From Torpedo marmorata (Eukaryota), in contig OZ360247.1 of the NCBI GenBank assembly GCA_977017645.1, positions 51,088,001 to 51,152,000 on the forward strand: 64,000 nucleotides of DNA. The letters run 5' to 3'. The notes under the pieces were generated by a model. The model was not told where the DNA came from. It made no database searches and saw only the letters and a list, made by a program, of their open reading frames with translations. Below, piece after piece: positions 47,834-60,289 of this stretch. Positions within the stretch are counted from its first letter, which is position 1; each line of letters opens with the position of its first letter. The position numbers were made by a program, and so were the translations under genes.

Positions 47834-48254
47834 GTATGAGTGAACCGTTCGAGTTAAACAGAATCTAAGGCAGCTCCACACCTGCGCTAGAACAGGCAGG
47901 ACCATGGACTCAGGCCTACACCTGATGTGCAATGTAAAGCAAAACTTTTTTTTGTTATTTTCTCTTGACAATTTCTCCCCTGCTCCCCTCTCTCGGCAGT
48001 GACTCACTTCAGAATGGTACAGAAGGAGACTATTCAGCCCCATTTGTGGGGTCTATCCCAACCAGACGTGGCCCTGACATCATCTACATCACACTGATGT
48101 CATGCCCTGCAGAGACGGTTGGTGGAGGGTCAAAGAGCAGAAACTCGCTGAGCCCCGCCACTGTTTCCACCCCCACCCACAGCCATGCTATGACTCACGG
48201 GCACAAGAGGCCATTGTTCTGCCATTTCCAAGGGCCTAGCCAAGCTCTGCAAGG

Positions 48255-48625
48255 AAGTAAACACGAAAATCTGTAGACACCGTAATAATGTAGTAAAAAA
48301 CACAAAAGCTGGAGAACTCAGCAGGTCAAACAGTGTCTTTTATGTAGCAAAGGTAGAAATACATAACCGACGTTTCGGGCTTGAGCCCTTCATCAAAGTA
48401 TGGGAAAATGCCGGCAGGCGTCCGAACAAAGGAGTGAGGGGGGAAGGGAGGTGGCAAAGGCAGGAGATGATAGGTGGAGAAAGGAGGGAGGGGACAGCAG
48501 CAAAGAGGGGGAGGAGGGATGGCTGGGTGGGTGGAAAAAAACAGGTAAGGGGGGAGGGGGGAGAGAGAACAACAAACAGGTTAGTGGAAAGCAGAAAAGT
48601 CAATGTTAATGACACTTCTGACTGG
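48255..48625 (-). mobile_element. Penelope-like terminal repeat, same subfamily as 26208-26586
   Basis: Near-identical to the arm at 26208-26380. Confidence 0.8.
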
Positions 48626-49783
48626 AACTTAATGAGCTCTAAACTACGGATGGAAAGGTTTTGAGGGATATGGACAATGTCGGCAAATGGGGCAGTTTGG
48701 TTGGCATGGATACAAAGTTGAAGGGCCTTTTTCTGTGCTGTATAACTCTGTGAACTACATAAGATCACGTTGGGCCACTCTTTTGTTCCGGAACCTTCTG
48801 TGAAGCCATCCCTTCCACCCCAACCGCTTTGTTGCTTTTCGCTCCATCCTCTTTTATTTTGGTTCTTTTGAAGTTAACTTCTTGGGAAAAATTATCTGGG
48901 ATCAGATCATGCGTGGACAGTAAAGAACTCTTTAATTGGAAGCATTTTGTTACAGATGCAAAACAATTTAAAAAGAAAGACCAGTTGTTTCCTCCATCCC
49001 TGGGGAGCACGAAGAGATCTACAGACAGCCTTTTTAAGCCAAACTGTACAGAAACCATTGCCCTCGGAATGACCTCAGGAAGTACTTAACAGGAAGTGAC
49101 CTCTCATTGACCCAAACAAGTTCTTATTTACAGCGATTAGACCATATGATTTTTGAAGTAAAGCAGCTCCTTGTTAAAGTTAGTGCAAACCTTGCGATGC
49201 TCTCAACACCCCTGTTTTGGTTATGATTTTAATTTTACTTAATTTTAACGATGCAGCACGGTAGAAGGCCCTTTCAGCCCATGAAACCCGTGCCGCCCAA
49301 TTACACCCAATTAACTAACCAACCCTGTACATTTGGAGGGTGGGAGAAAACCGGAGCAGGTCATACGATCACAAGATATAGGAGCAGGTAGGCCAATCGA
49401 CCCATCAAGTCTGCTCTGCCATTTTATCATGCGCTAATCCATCCTCCCACTCAGTACCACTCCCTGGCCTTCTCCCCGTAACCCTTGATGCCGACTAATC
49501 AAATACCTGTCAATAATCCACAGGAAACCCACGCAGACATAGGGAGAACATACCAACTCCTTACAGACAGTGCTGGATTCGAACCTGGGTCACTGGCACT
49601 CTAATAGTGTTGGGCTAACCGTGCCACCCAAATTTGGTCAAAGCCAATCAAGAGACACTTGAACCAGTTTGGCTCTCCTCTGTAGCGTTGTGCAAAGTCA
49701 AAATGCACTCGGTGCTTTAGCTCGGAATCAGCTTGTTAATTCCTCTGGTAGTTAATTTCTTTTCTTTTTATTTCTTCATACAG

Positions 49784-49810
49784 TTCAAGAGAGCGATTTT
49801 GCTGTTTCCT
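49784..49810 (+). CDS. MRC2: MRC2 27-nt micro-exon (juxtamembrane stalk)
   Basis: Long polypyrimidine tract plus cag, then TTCAAGAGAGCGATTTTGCTGTTTCCT, then gtgagt. Translates (V)QESDFAVS and preserves frame; compare the mammalian AEQSSFSPS stalk. Confidence 0.8.
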
Positions 49811-49912
49811 GTGAGTAAAATCTGTTTTTTTTTTTGCTGCATGTTTTGATTTGAACAGTCACTCCGAGTTGGCAATTCATTTGTCTTTGCTGGTTCGTGT
49901 TTGCTCTTACAG

Positions 49913-50142
49913 CCAACCTGCGCGTCCGCACCTTAGACATCGTCTTGTACCTGCTGGGTGCCCTGGTGCCACTGGCGGTGGTAGTGGTCGTCCTGCTGCT
50001 GTACCGCCAGCGAGCGGCCTCGGGCTCACGGCACGGAGCCTTCGAGAGTGCGCGGTACAGCCGGACGTCCTCGACGCCCAGTGAGTCCGTGGAGAAGAAC
50101 ATCCTGGTCTCGGACATGGAAATGAATGAGCAGCAGGAGTAA
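49913..50142 (+). CDS. MRC2: MRC2 terminal coding exon (transmembrane helix and cytoplasmic tail)
   Basis: Acceptor ctcttacag. Translates (S)NLRVRTLDIVLYLLGALVPLAVVVVVLLLYRQRAASGSRHGAFESARYSRTSSTPSESVEKNILVSDMEMNEQQE*. The C-terminal EKNILVSDMEMNEQQE is characteristic of MRC2. Confidence 0.96.
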
Positions 50143-50422
50143 CGCTGCGCCTCTCCTCATCCTCGAACAGCGTGGAAAGAACAGGCTGGTGATCGGAACA
50201 GAAGGCAGAATCCCATTACAGTAACACTTGGGATACAGTTGGCACTGTTTAATGGGGACATGCCTTTCTTAGGATACTTACCCCAGGCACCCATTAATTC
50301 CCATGTGTGTATGTATGTATATATAATATATGTATGTATTATATATAGATATATATTTGCATCATTTTTCTTCATGAGGATGATCTGATGAAGGAGGCAA
50401 TTTGTATCCATTAGGGCACCCC

Positions 50423-50428
50423 AATAAA
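50423..50428 (+). promoter_or_regulatory. Candidate polyadenylation signal (duplicated at 51946-51951)
   Basis: First AATAAA I found after the MRC2 stop codon; use is not demonstrated. Confidence 0.3.
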
Positions 50429-51499
50429 CAATCTTCAACTGTGTTATTGACCAGGGCACAGGAGTGTTTCTATGTAAAAATGCATAATTCTAGTGTAAAA
50501 TTGTCATGCACTGCACACAATGAGCCTTCCCTCAGCTACAGCATGGTACAAATGTTGGCCACAGTGTTCCCAATCTGTGCTTCTGGCAGACAAACATTTG
50601 AGGAGTGCGCTGTCGCTGAGTGAAAGCAAGCGGAGCTCCTTGAAACAGTTCCCGGGCGCAACTGTTAATTTCTGCGTTCCCCCCGATCCCCAGGAAACCT
50701 TGGGAAGCTGTTGGCACGGAGCAGCATGGAAAGTAAATGCAGGAGACACGGGAGAATCTGAGAGATTGGGATGTGCGCTCGATTAGCACAGGGTGGCTTG
50801 GAACCCCTCTGACCCGTCCCTTGTCACACTTTAAATGGTTTGAAAGGAAGGAAAAAAAAAAACTTTTCTTTTAATGGGGAACTCCAGAACAAGATGGGGT
50901 GGGACGGGGGGATAATCTTGACTTTGATGCCAGGTACCACAGGGGCACAAATCTAGAACTTTCTGCCCACAGAAACATGGAGTTACAGATCAACTGAAAA
51001 TGTTAAAATTGGGTTGGAAAGGATTGCAGAATGAAATGGGTAAATGGAGTTGGGCTTCAAATTAGGCATAACGTATGAGAAGGGAAGAATGGGTTTGAGG
51101 GCTGAATGGCCTACTGCTCTGTTCCAATTTGCATTCCGCCAGTAGTTAAAAAGCCTGCGTTTAAAAGATGTTTGAATGAGATGGACACCTTGATTGTTCA
51201 TTATGAAGGTTGGTGAAATAAGGCCGAAAATGAAATGGAAGGTGTTGAAGTAGATGGATGTGGAAACATCATCTCTCCCACACTGTGATGCTGCCGCTAA
51301 ACACCGAATTTCATGATCTCCAGAGCGCTCAGCCTGAAGTGCAAGGAGATGAAATATGGGCATGATGTGAAAAATGTGCATTGGAACTGGGATGAACTTG
51401 AAGTCCATGGATACAGTGGGCCAAATAATCCTCTGTGTTGTAAACATTTCCAAATCTCTGGTCCAAGTTCCAGATTTGAAACTCCCAGGGACATACCAT

Positions 51500-51596
51500 T
51501 GATGCAGTGAAATACGAAAGTCTGCAGACACTGTGATTGTAAATGCTGTTAAATTACAATCACAGTGTCTGCAGACTTTCGTATTTCACTGCATCA
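51500..51596. repeat. Perfect inverted repeat, 43-bp arms and 11-nt loop
   Basis: TGATGCAGTGAAATACGAAAGTCTGCAGACACTGTGATTGTAA and its exact reverse complement. Confidence 0.95.
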
Positions 51597-53173
51597 GAGA
51601 AGAATGATACTGGTAAAGGACAGAATGTTGGGTTTGTGAAGGGGAAGAGGTAACCATGGCTTACAGTTTGGGAGGACTGCAGTTCTTGCTCAGATACAGT
51701 GCACAAGCACTGAGAAGAATGGCAATCAGCTGGAAAGGGGCAGATGTAAAACATGGAGAGAACTTCATCCTGTAACAAGCAATTGAAAAAGTGAAGGTAA
51801 GAATTTATATCTCCCCTTAATTCCCATGTGTGTATGTATGTATATATAATATATGTATGTATTATATATAGATATATATTTGCATCATTTTTCTTCATGA
51901 GGATGATCTGATGAAGGAGGCAATTTGTATCCATTAGGGCACCCCAATAAACAATCTTCAACTGTGTTATTGACCAGGGCACAGGAGTGTTTCTATGTAA
52001 AAATGCATAATTCTAGTGTAAAATTGTCATGCACTGCACACAATGAGCCTTCCCTCAGCTACAGCATGGTACAAATGTTGGCCACAGTGTTCCCAATCTG
52101 TGCTTCTGGCAGACAAACATTTGAGGAGTGCGCTGTCGCTGAGTGAAAGCAAGCGGAGCTCCTTGAAACAGTTCCCGGGCGCAACTGTTAATTTCTGCGT
52201 TCCCCCCGATCCCCAGGAAACCTTGGGAAGCTGTTGGCACGGAGCAGCATGGAAAGTAAATGCAGGAGACACGGGAGAATCTGAGAGATTGGGATGTGCG
52301 CTCGATTAGCACAGGGTGGCTTGGAACCCCTCTGACCCATCCCTTGTCACACTTTAAATGGTTTGAAAGGAAGGAAAAAAAACAACTTTTCTTTTAATGG
52401 GGAACTCCAGAACAAGATGGGGTGGGACGGGGGGATAATCTTGACTTTGATGCCAGGTACCACAGGGGCACAAATCTAGAACTTTCTGCCCACAGAAACA
52501 TGGAGTTACAGATCAACTGAAAATGTTAAAATTGGGTTGGAAAGGATTGCAGAATGAAATGGGTAAATGGAGTTGGGCTTCAAATTAGGCATAACGTATG
52601 AGAAGGGAAGAATGGGTTTGAGGGCTGATGTTGGTCTGTACTTGTACCATTAAAACTGTAAGGCCGAGAAGAGAGGGGAAAAAAAGAGTTTTAAATTGTT
52701 GAAGACATCTTTACCATAGCTGGGGTAAGAGGAATCTCCAGAATTGAAGAAAAGTCCCTGAATTTTAACCTTTCGTAATATATTCTCCAGACTGGGTCCA
52801 TGGGTAAACTACAATACGAACATCAGTATGAACCAGCTGGTGGTTGGGTATAAAACCAGTCCCGGAGAACCGGAACACGGAGTATATGCACTTGTTGGTA
52901 GTCCCTGAATACAGGGACACGGAGTCCAAAGGATTAACATGGTGCCATACCACCCCCCAGTATGCAAATGAACAGGCCATAGTTTTAAGAGGTAGGAGTT
53001 TGAAAAGGGATCTAAGTTTTTTTTTCCCCACACTGAGACGGTTAATATCTGGAACACTCTGTGGTGGAATTAGATACAATGAGTACGTTTAAGGGGAATT
53101 TGGACAAATACTTAAATTGGCAAGATATAGAAGGATGTGGTCTGAAATGCAGGATAATGGGATTAGTGTAGAT

Positions 53174-53304
53174 CAGTGGTTTTCAAACTTTTTCTTTCCA
53201 CTCACATACCATCTTAAGTAATCCCTATGCCATAGGTGCTCTGTGATTAGTAAGGGATTACTTAAGGTGGTATGTGAGTGGGAAGAAAAGTTTGAAAACC
53301 ACTG
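53174..53304. mobile_element. hAT-Charlie-type MITE, 131 bp, inside a CR1 3' end
   Basis: TIR CAGTGGTTTTCAAACTTTT, long hairpin, 8-bp TSD GTGTAGAT. Confidence 0.9.
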
Positions 53305-54386
53305 GTGTAGATGGGGAGAAAGGTGGACACCAAGATGGGCCGAAAGGCCAGTTTCTGTGCTGTTCAACTCGACGACCTTCTTCTGATCAAAATAAATCTT
53401 TTCTCTAACATTCTTTCAATTGAAGGGTTTGTAACACTAGAGACCAACATTTTTTTTCCTACCATTACAAAAAATTTTGCAGGGCACTTTATTGTAATAG
53501 GAGACTGAGCGAAGAGTCTCGATGACAATCATACTGTACAGGGTGTGGTTGCGGTGATGTTGGTCTGTACTTGTACCATGAACAGGCTCATTACATGCGA
53601 GTGGCCACATAGTACTTGGATCGTCTGAAAGCAGGAAGGAATTAAAACAAACAAGTGTAAAGCAACCTATAACTTGTAATGAGCCTACTCAATGTGACTG
53701 GTTGAAGCCACTTCATCTATGCAAATGGTCCAAGTATTTTTAGAATAAAATTCATTTTGGTGTTATGGGGTTAGGAATGCAGTTGGGATTTTACCCTTTC
53801 CCATTCTGGAAGTTATTTCAAGCTTTTCATTCATACACATTTACTTTGAATTGAGGAGCTCCAAAAAAAAAATTTTTTTTTAATTTTGATTTTCTGTCCA
53901 CTTCTATTGCTGAACATAACAGACAGAAGGCAGAAAAATTGCCAAACAGGATTCTCAGAATAAAGTGTTTTTTTAAGTTGATGTTCTGAAGTATTTTTAT
54001 TTTGCCATAATTCCCCCACGGATCACCTTGAAGAATTAAAATATAACACGGTCAACTAGAGTTATGGATCGTGTCTTCGGTGGGGAGAGTCAAGTATGCT
54101 GAAATTGATTTTAATTTCCCCTGCCTGGTGGTGCTCATTAGCAGGACAGAGTCCAGGGAGAAATGTCAGGCTATCATTTCATACATCTTTCATTATTTCT
54201 CTCTCCATTCATTGAAATTACAATCCTATATGGTCCAATAAACCAACCAATCAGAAAATGACCATGATTAGAGCTTCACCTGCATCTTACGAAGTTATAA
54301 AACTTGGGTGCAGGGGAAGGCTCCAAAGCAATCAGTCCCCTTGTCTGCCTGAGGTTTATCATGTCCACTCTACCTCTCGCTAAGTA

Positions 54387-54524
54387 AAAAACACAAATGC
54401 TGGAGAACTCAGCAGGTCAAACAGTGTCTTTGCTACATAAAAGACACTGTTTGACCTGCTGAGTTTCTCCAGCATTTGTGTTTTTTACTTCAACCACGGT
54501 GTCTACAGATTTTCGTGTTTACTT
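54387..54524. mobile_element. Short Penelope-derived fold-back insertion with 13-bp TSD
   Basis: ~50-bp inverted arms; TSD CTCTCGCTAAGTA at 54374-54386 and 54525-54537. Confidence 0.88.
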
Positions 54525-54599
54525 CTCTCGCTAAGTATGTCTTAATTCAAATTCCAAAATTAGCTCGAGTGCCTGTTTAAGCAGATTGCTTAATGATAG

Positions 54600-55562
54600 A
54601 ATATCGAACATTACAGGCCCTTCAGCCCACGATGTTGTGCTGACCTATCTATGGAAACTTACTCCACAACAATCTAGCCCTTCCCATAACCTTTTTGCAT
54701 CCATGTGCCTATCTAAGAGTCTTTTGAATGACCCTCTTGTACCAGCCTCCACCACTTCCAGGCACCCTCCACTTACTGAGTAAAAAAAAACTTACCTCTG
54801 GCATCTCCCCTTAACTTTCCTCCACTCACCTTAAAGCAATGTCCTCTGGTATTTGCGGTTGTTGCCCTGGGAAAAAGGTGCTGGCTGTCCACCCTATCTA
54901 AGCCCCACATAATCTTATATACCTCTTTTAAGTCACCTCTCATCCTTTGTCACTCCAAAGAGAAAAGTCCCTCGCTCTGTCAACCTTGCTTCATATGACA
55001 AGCAACATCCTGATAAATCTCCTCTGCACTCTCTCCAAAACATCTACTGTATATGCTTCCTATAGTGAGGCAACCAGAACTGAACGCAATATTCCAAGTG
55101 TGGTCTAACCAAAGTTTTATAGAGCTGCAACATTACCTCATGGTTCTTGAACTCAATTCCTCGACTAATGAAGACCAGCATACCGTACGCCTTCTTAACC
55201 ACCCTTCAACCTGCGAGGCAACCTTCAGAGATCTATGGATCACAACCCCAAGATCTCTCTGTTGCTCCACACTGTTAAGAATCCTGCTGTTAACTACCTT
55301 CTCCACCTTCAACCTTCCAAAATGCATCACTTCACACTTATCTGGATTGAACTCCATCTGCCACGTCTCTGCCCAACTCTGCATCCTGTCTATTTCCTGT
55401 TGTAACCTATGACAACCTTCTACACTATCCACAACACCTTCAACCTTTGTATCATCTGCAGATTTACTGACCCACCCCTCCACTTCGTCATCCAAGTCAT
55501 TTATTAAAATCACAAAGAGCCAGGTTTCCAGAGCAGATCCCTGCGGAACTCCACCAGTCACT
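54600..55562 (-). mobile_element. CR1 LINE RT to 3' end
   Basis: VTGGVPQGSAL...INDLD...ADDTK...WAETWQMEFNPDKCEVMHFG. Confidence 0.88.
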
Positions 55563-56220
55563 GAAAAGTCACTGATGGTGGAGCAAGTTGAGTCCTGGAT
55601 TCCCTTCCTGACCAGGCTGTCTTCATTCATTCCCCACACTTGGATCAAAGAGTGAACAACATGTACAAGCCCAAAAATCCACCTTGTAATGGTTATTGCT
55701 TTTGAATGGCAAGCTTTCCATCTCCTTTGTAAGTGACTACAGATGCTGGAATCTGGAGCAAAAACAAACACGTAACTGAAGGAACTCAGCAGGTCAAGCA
55801 GTATCTGTGAAGGGAGTCTTGATGAAAGGTCTTGTCCTGAAACATCGTCTCTCCATTTCCCTTTACTGATGCTGCCTGACCTGCTGAGTTCCTTCTGCAG
55901 CTCGAGTTTTGTTTGCTGACAGAGGAGATGTGTGACAGGTAGTTGATTTTAGACTGAATTTACTGGAAAGTTGGAACTGTTCAACAAGAATTTGTTTACA
56001 GAACAGTTTTTGAGTGTGAATCTAGTCACTGCCAACACCATTAGTGACCTTGGGTGCCCCATGTCACTGAGGGTTAGTTTTGTTACATCCTGTGTGGAGG
56101 GATACACTGTACTTTGTAAGGCTTGGCTTACTGGAATCTGTTAAAGAGTGATCTGAGAAATTGTGGTTCAGCAGCATTTCCCAAGAACTTGAGACCAAAC
56201 TCCACCTGCCTAGTTTTGGA

Positions 56221-56446
56221 AGTAAACAAGAAAATCTGCAGACGTTGGGGGTCGAGTGCAATACACGAGAGTGCTGGAGAAACTCAGCCGGTCACGCTGC
56301 ATCCATAGGAAGTAAAAGACAATTTCTGACGATGGGCTCAGGCCTGAAACATCGATTGCCTTTAATTTCCTATGGATGCTGAGTTTCTCCAGCACTCTTG
56401 TGTAGTGCACTCAACCCCAGCCTCTGCAGATTTTCTCGTTCAACTA
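56221..56446. mobile_element. Penelope-derived fold-back with a hammerhead-like motif in the loop
   Basis: Diverged inverted arms around CTGACGATGGGCTCAGGCCTGAAAC (56326-56350). Confidence 0.75.
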
Positions 56447-57987
56447 CTTTTGTATACTGCCCAGTTTTTATTAGCTTTTGTCAACAGAGTCACACAAAAT
56501 GTCCCTTCACATCACTGAGTCCATACTATCAAGCATAATTTCCACTGAAATCCCATTTTATACACCCCACATTCTACTCCTCATCTACACACTAGGGGCA
56601 ATTTATAGTGGCACATCTTTGGGGTGTGAAAGGAAACCGGAGTACCCGAAGGAACCCACGCAGTCACAGGGAGAACGTGCAAACTCCACAGAGACAGCGC
56701 CGGAGGTCAGGATTGAATCCAGGTGCCTGAAGCAGTGAGGCAGCAACTCCACCACTGCACCTCCATATTCATCTGTGAAACAAAATGACTCAAATCAAAT
56801 TTCTTGGTGGTTATGAGGGTTTCAACGGCCCTATTTAAGAGTTAAAGAATTAAGATTGCTCCTGAACTCCATCAGAGAGAGAGAGAGAGATTTGGGATTA
56901 AACTGCACAAAGACAAAAGCATGCTGTGAAGTTTGATTCTGGTTTTGCTAATGATTGCCGTTGAGGGCAAGACTGATTAGTGAACAAGTTTTAACTTTGC
57001 TGCTTTCAGAAGAGGTCCCATTGCAACAGAGGAGTGAATGTTTTATCCTTTCTCATTCACTTAATTTACCAGCATTGGCACTGTCTGCTTCACTGGGATT
57101 CCCAGCTGAACCTCTGTTCTAGCAGTATAGCAGCGGGGTACTACTAATGATGTGTGAACTGCCTTCCTGCATGGTACTAAACAAGAAAGTCTGCAGATGC
57201 TGGGGTCAAGTGCAATGCACATACGTGCTGGAGAAACTCAACAAGTCACGCAGCATACATAGGAAAAAGTAAAAGGTAGCCAAGCCCTCTCCCCCATCAC
57301 TTCTCCTTCTACCCTCCCACCTGTAACCACCAATAATCTCTTATCTGTTCTTCCTCCTCTCTACCTTTTAATCCCACTTTTTTTATTCAGGTGTCTACAT
57401 GTCTTTCCTATTCCAGACAAAGGGCCCAGGCCTGAAACGTTGGTTACCCTTTACTTCCAATGGATGCTGTGTGAGTTTCCACAGCATTGCATTCCTGGGT
57501 GTTACTGCCCAGTTCGCAGTGAGTAGTAACTCAGCAGAAACAAGTAGCCTGATCTCAATGAAAGAAAATAGATGAGGAAGGATTGACGATGCTACTGACT
57601 GACAATGAGAGTTGCCTGGAATTCCAAGAGCAAGATCACGCATTGCCCTGCCCTTGCAGAGTTCGGCATAGGAACAGCAATTGTGCACAGAGTCACTGCT
57701 GATGGTTACTAATGTCATTACAACATGGTTACAAAGCAAGGTCTGGCAAATTCTGATAGATTAATCCCAGGAACGCATCGCAGGGCGTTCCATAAATCCA
57801 AAGTTTAACTTGTCTTCAACAGAGTAATCTGGATGTTCAGGTTGAGTTTAGAAATATTAGCATTGTATTGTGTAACATTTCTGCAGGGGTATTTCACCTT
57901 TTGGGGGTGATTGCATTTCCGAATTGTAGTTCATTCCTTAAGGACATCCTGGAGCACTTTCGAATTAAATGAGAAAGTTTGTAGTTG

Positions 57988-58640
57988 CACCTCCTCCCTC
58001 ACCACCATTCGGGGCCCCAAACACTCCCTCCAAGTGAAACAACACTTCACGTGAATTTGCAGGGGTCACCTACTGCATCTGGTGATGCTGTGGCCTTCTC
58101 TACATCGGAGAGACTGGACGCAGACTGGGAGATCGCTTTGTTGAGCACTTTCAATCTGTCCACTGCAATAGTGTGGACTCCCAGTGGCCACACCGACATG
58201 TCTGTCCGTGGCCTCATGCACTGCCAAATCGAGACTACCCGCAAATTGGAGGAACAACACCTTGCATTCCGTCTGGGCACTCTCCAACCAGATGGCATGA
58301 ATAGAGCTCTCCTAGTTCCGTTAACCCTCTCCCCCGGTATCTCCTTTCCTCCAGCTCCCCACCCCCTTCTATCAGGGAGTTACCCTCTCCTCTATCACTT
58401 CTCAGGTTTCTTTCTCCTACCGTCCCATTTGCATCCACCTATAACCTCTTACCTGTTAGCCGGTGCTCCACCCCCTGCCCCTTCCTCTCCTCTCCCCACC
58501 TTTTATTCAGGCACCTGCCTGCCTTTGCTTATTCCTGACGAAGAGCCCAGGCCTGAAACGTTGGTTACTATTTACTTCCCATTGGATGCTGAATGGCCTG
58601 CTAAGTTTCTCCAGCACCTTTGTGTATTGCACTCAGCTCC
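57988..58640 (+). mobile_element. Penelope-like element 3' end: GIY-YIG endonuclease remnant plus terminal repeat (another copy at ~62333-62830)
   Basis: CGLLYIGETGRRLGDRFVEH...RKLEEQHLAFRLGTLQPDGMN; downstream CTGACGAAGAGCCCAGGCCTGAAACGTT. Confidence 0.88.
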
Positions 58641-60289
58641 TCAAACCTGTCCTGCCATCCATTATGCCCAACCTCAACTCCTCTTCTGCGCGACACTCCC
58701 AACCCCGCGCATCCCTCAGACGCTGGTTTACTTTCCACAGTTGCTGCCTGACTTGCTGAGTCTTTCCAGTGTTTTCTGTTTTTATTTCAGATTTTCAGCA
58801 TCTGCCGTATTCTGATTTTCATTTACACTTGGTGTGCATGTCAACATTTTGATGAAGGAAGCTGGAAAGGTGGTTGGAAAGACCATTGGGACTCTATTGG
58901 CCTAGAGTGCAAATAGAACCATAGAACATTACAGCACAGAAACAGGCCCTTCGGCCCTTCTAGTCTGTGCCAAACTATTTTTCTGCCTAGTCCCACTGAC
59001 CTGCACCCAGTCCATATCCCTCCATACCTCTCCCATCCATGTACCTGTCCAAATTCCTCTTAAATGTTAAAATTGAGCCTGCATTCACCACTTCAGCTGG
59101 CAGCTCATTCCACACCCCCAACACTCTGTGTAAAGAAATCCCCCCAAATGTCCCCCCTAACCCTTTCCCCCCTTAACCCATGTCCTCTGGTTTGTATCTC
59201 ACCTACCCTCAGTGGAAAAAGCCTACCTACATTTAATCTGTCTATCCCCATAATTTTTAAATACCTCTATCAAATCTCCCCTCATTCTTCTACGCTCCAG
59301 GGAATAAAGTCCTAACCTGTTTAACCTTTCCCTGTAACTCAGTTCCTGAAGTCCCGGCAACATCCTGGTAAATCTTCTCTGCACTCTTTCAATCTTATTG
59401 ATATCTTTCCTGTGGTTAGGTGACCAGAACTGTCTTGGTTTGTCCTTCCAACCTCACAGATGCAATGTGAGAGGAGCACGTGCAGTCATAGTGGAACAAC
59501 GTGGAAACAGGCCCTTCAGCCCGACTCCTCCAGCCTGACCAAGTTGCCCATCTGAGCTAATCACATTTGCCAGCATTCAGCCCATATCCCTCTAACCCAG
59601 TCCTATCCCTGTTTGGAAGTCTTTTAAAAGGCAAACCACGCTGGAATAGTATAAAACACTAATTGGATCTCATCTGGTAGACTGAACGCAGCGCTAGTCA
59701 CCACACTAAATGAAGAGCAATTATAGGGTTATTGCGAGTGTTGAGATGTGTGCAGACGTCAAGGATGGAAAATATTAACTCTGAGGAGAGATCGGCAAGG
59801 CTGGCGATTTCTTTGGAATAACATAAAATGAGAGATTTAATCATGTTGTGCAAAATGATGAGAGCCCTGGCAAGAATGAACGGAAAGGCCAGACTGTCCT
59901 CAGAGATGTCAATAAGTTAAATTAAATTAAATTAGACATACAGCACTGTAACAGGCCAATTCGGCCCTACGAGTTCGTGCCGCCCAAATTAAACCCCATT
60001 AACCTACGTTTTTGAAGGGTGGGAGGAAACCGGAGTCCCCGGAGAAAACCCACACAGACACGGGGAGAACGTACAAACTCCTTACAGACAGCACCGGATT
60101 CGAACCCAGGTCCGGTCCCGATCGCTCGCGCTGTAAATGCGTTGTGCTAACCGCTACGCCAACCGTGCCGCCCAGTTAGGGACTTTAATTCAAACAAAGT
60201 GGAAGAAAAGTTTTTCAGGCAGGAGTGTTTGGAAGGAGGACTGTGGCAGCTATAGACAGGTAGGATCAAGCGAATTTTGAAGCATATCA

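Larger units (their letters stand above)
50294..52628 (+). repeat. 812-bp direct duplication (50294-51105 and 51817-52628)
   Basis: Constant offset of 1523 bp, duplicated ORFs in the track, about 2 differences seen. Confidence 0.95.

Noticed and set aside
50981-50992. AGTTACAGATCA, a 12-nt match to the satellite core in the 3' UTR duplicates
   Set aside because: A single 12-mer match to some part of the unit is plausible by chance, and the second occurrence is due to the duplication.
57985-58815. 276-aa ORF as a host gene
   Set aside because: A frameshifted Penelope endonuclease remnant reading into terminal repeat sequence.
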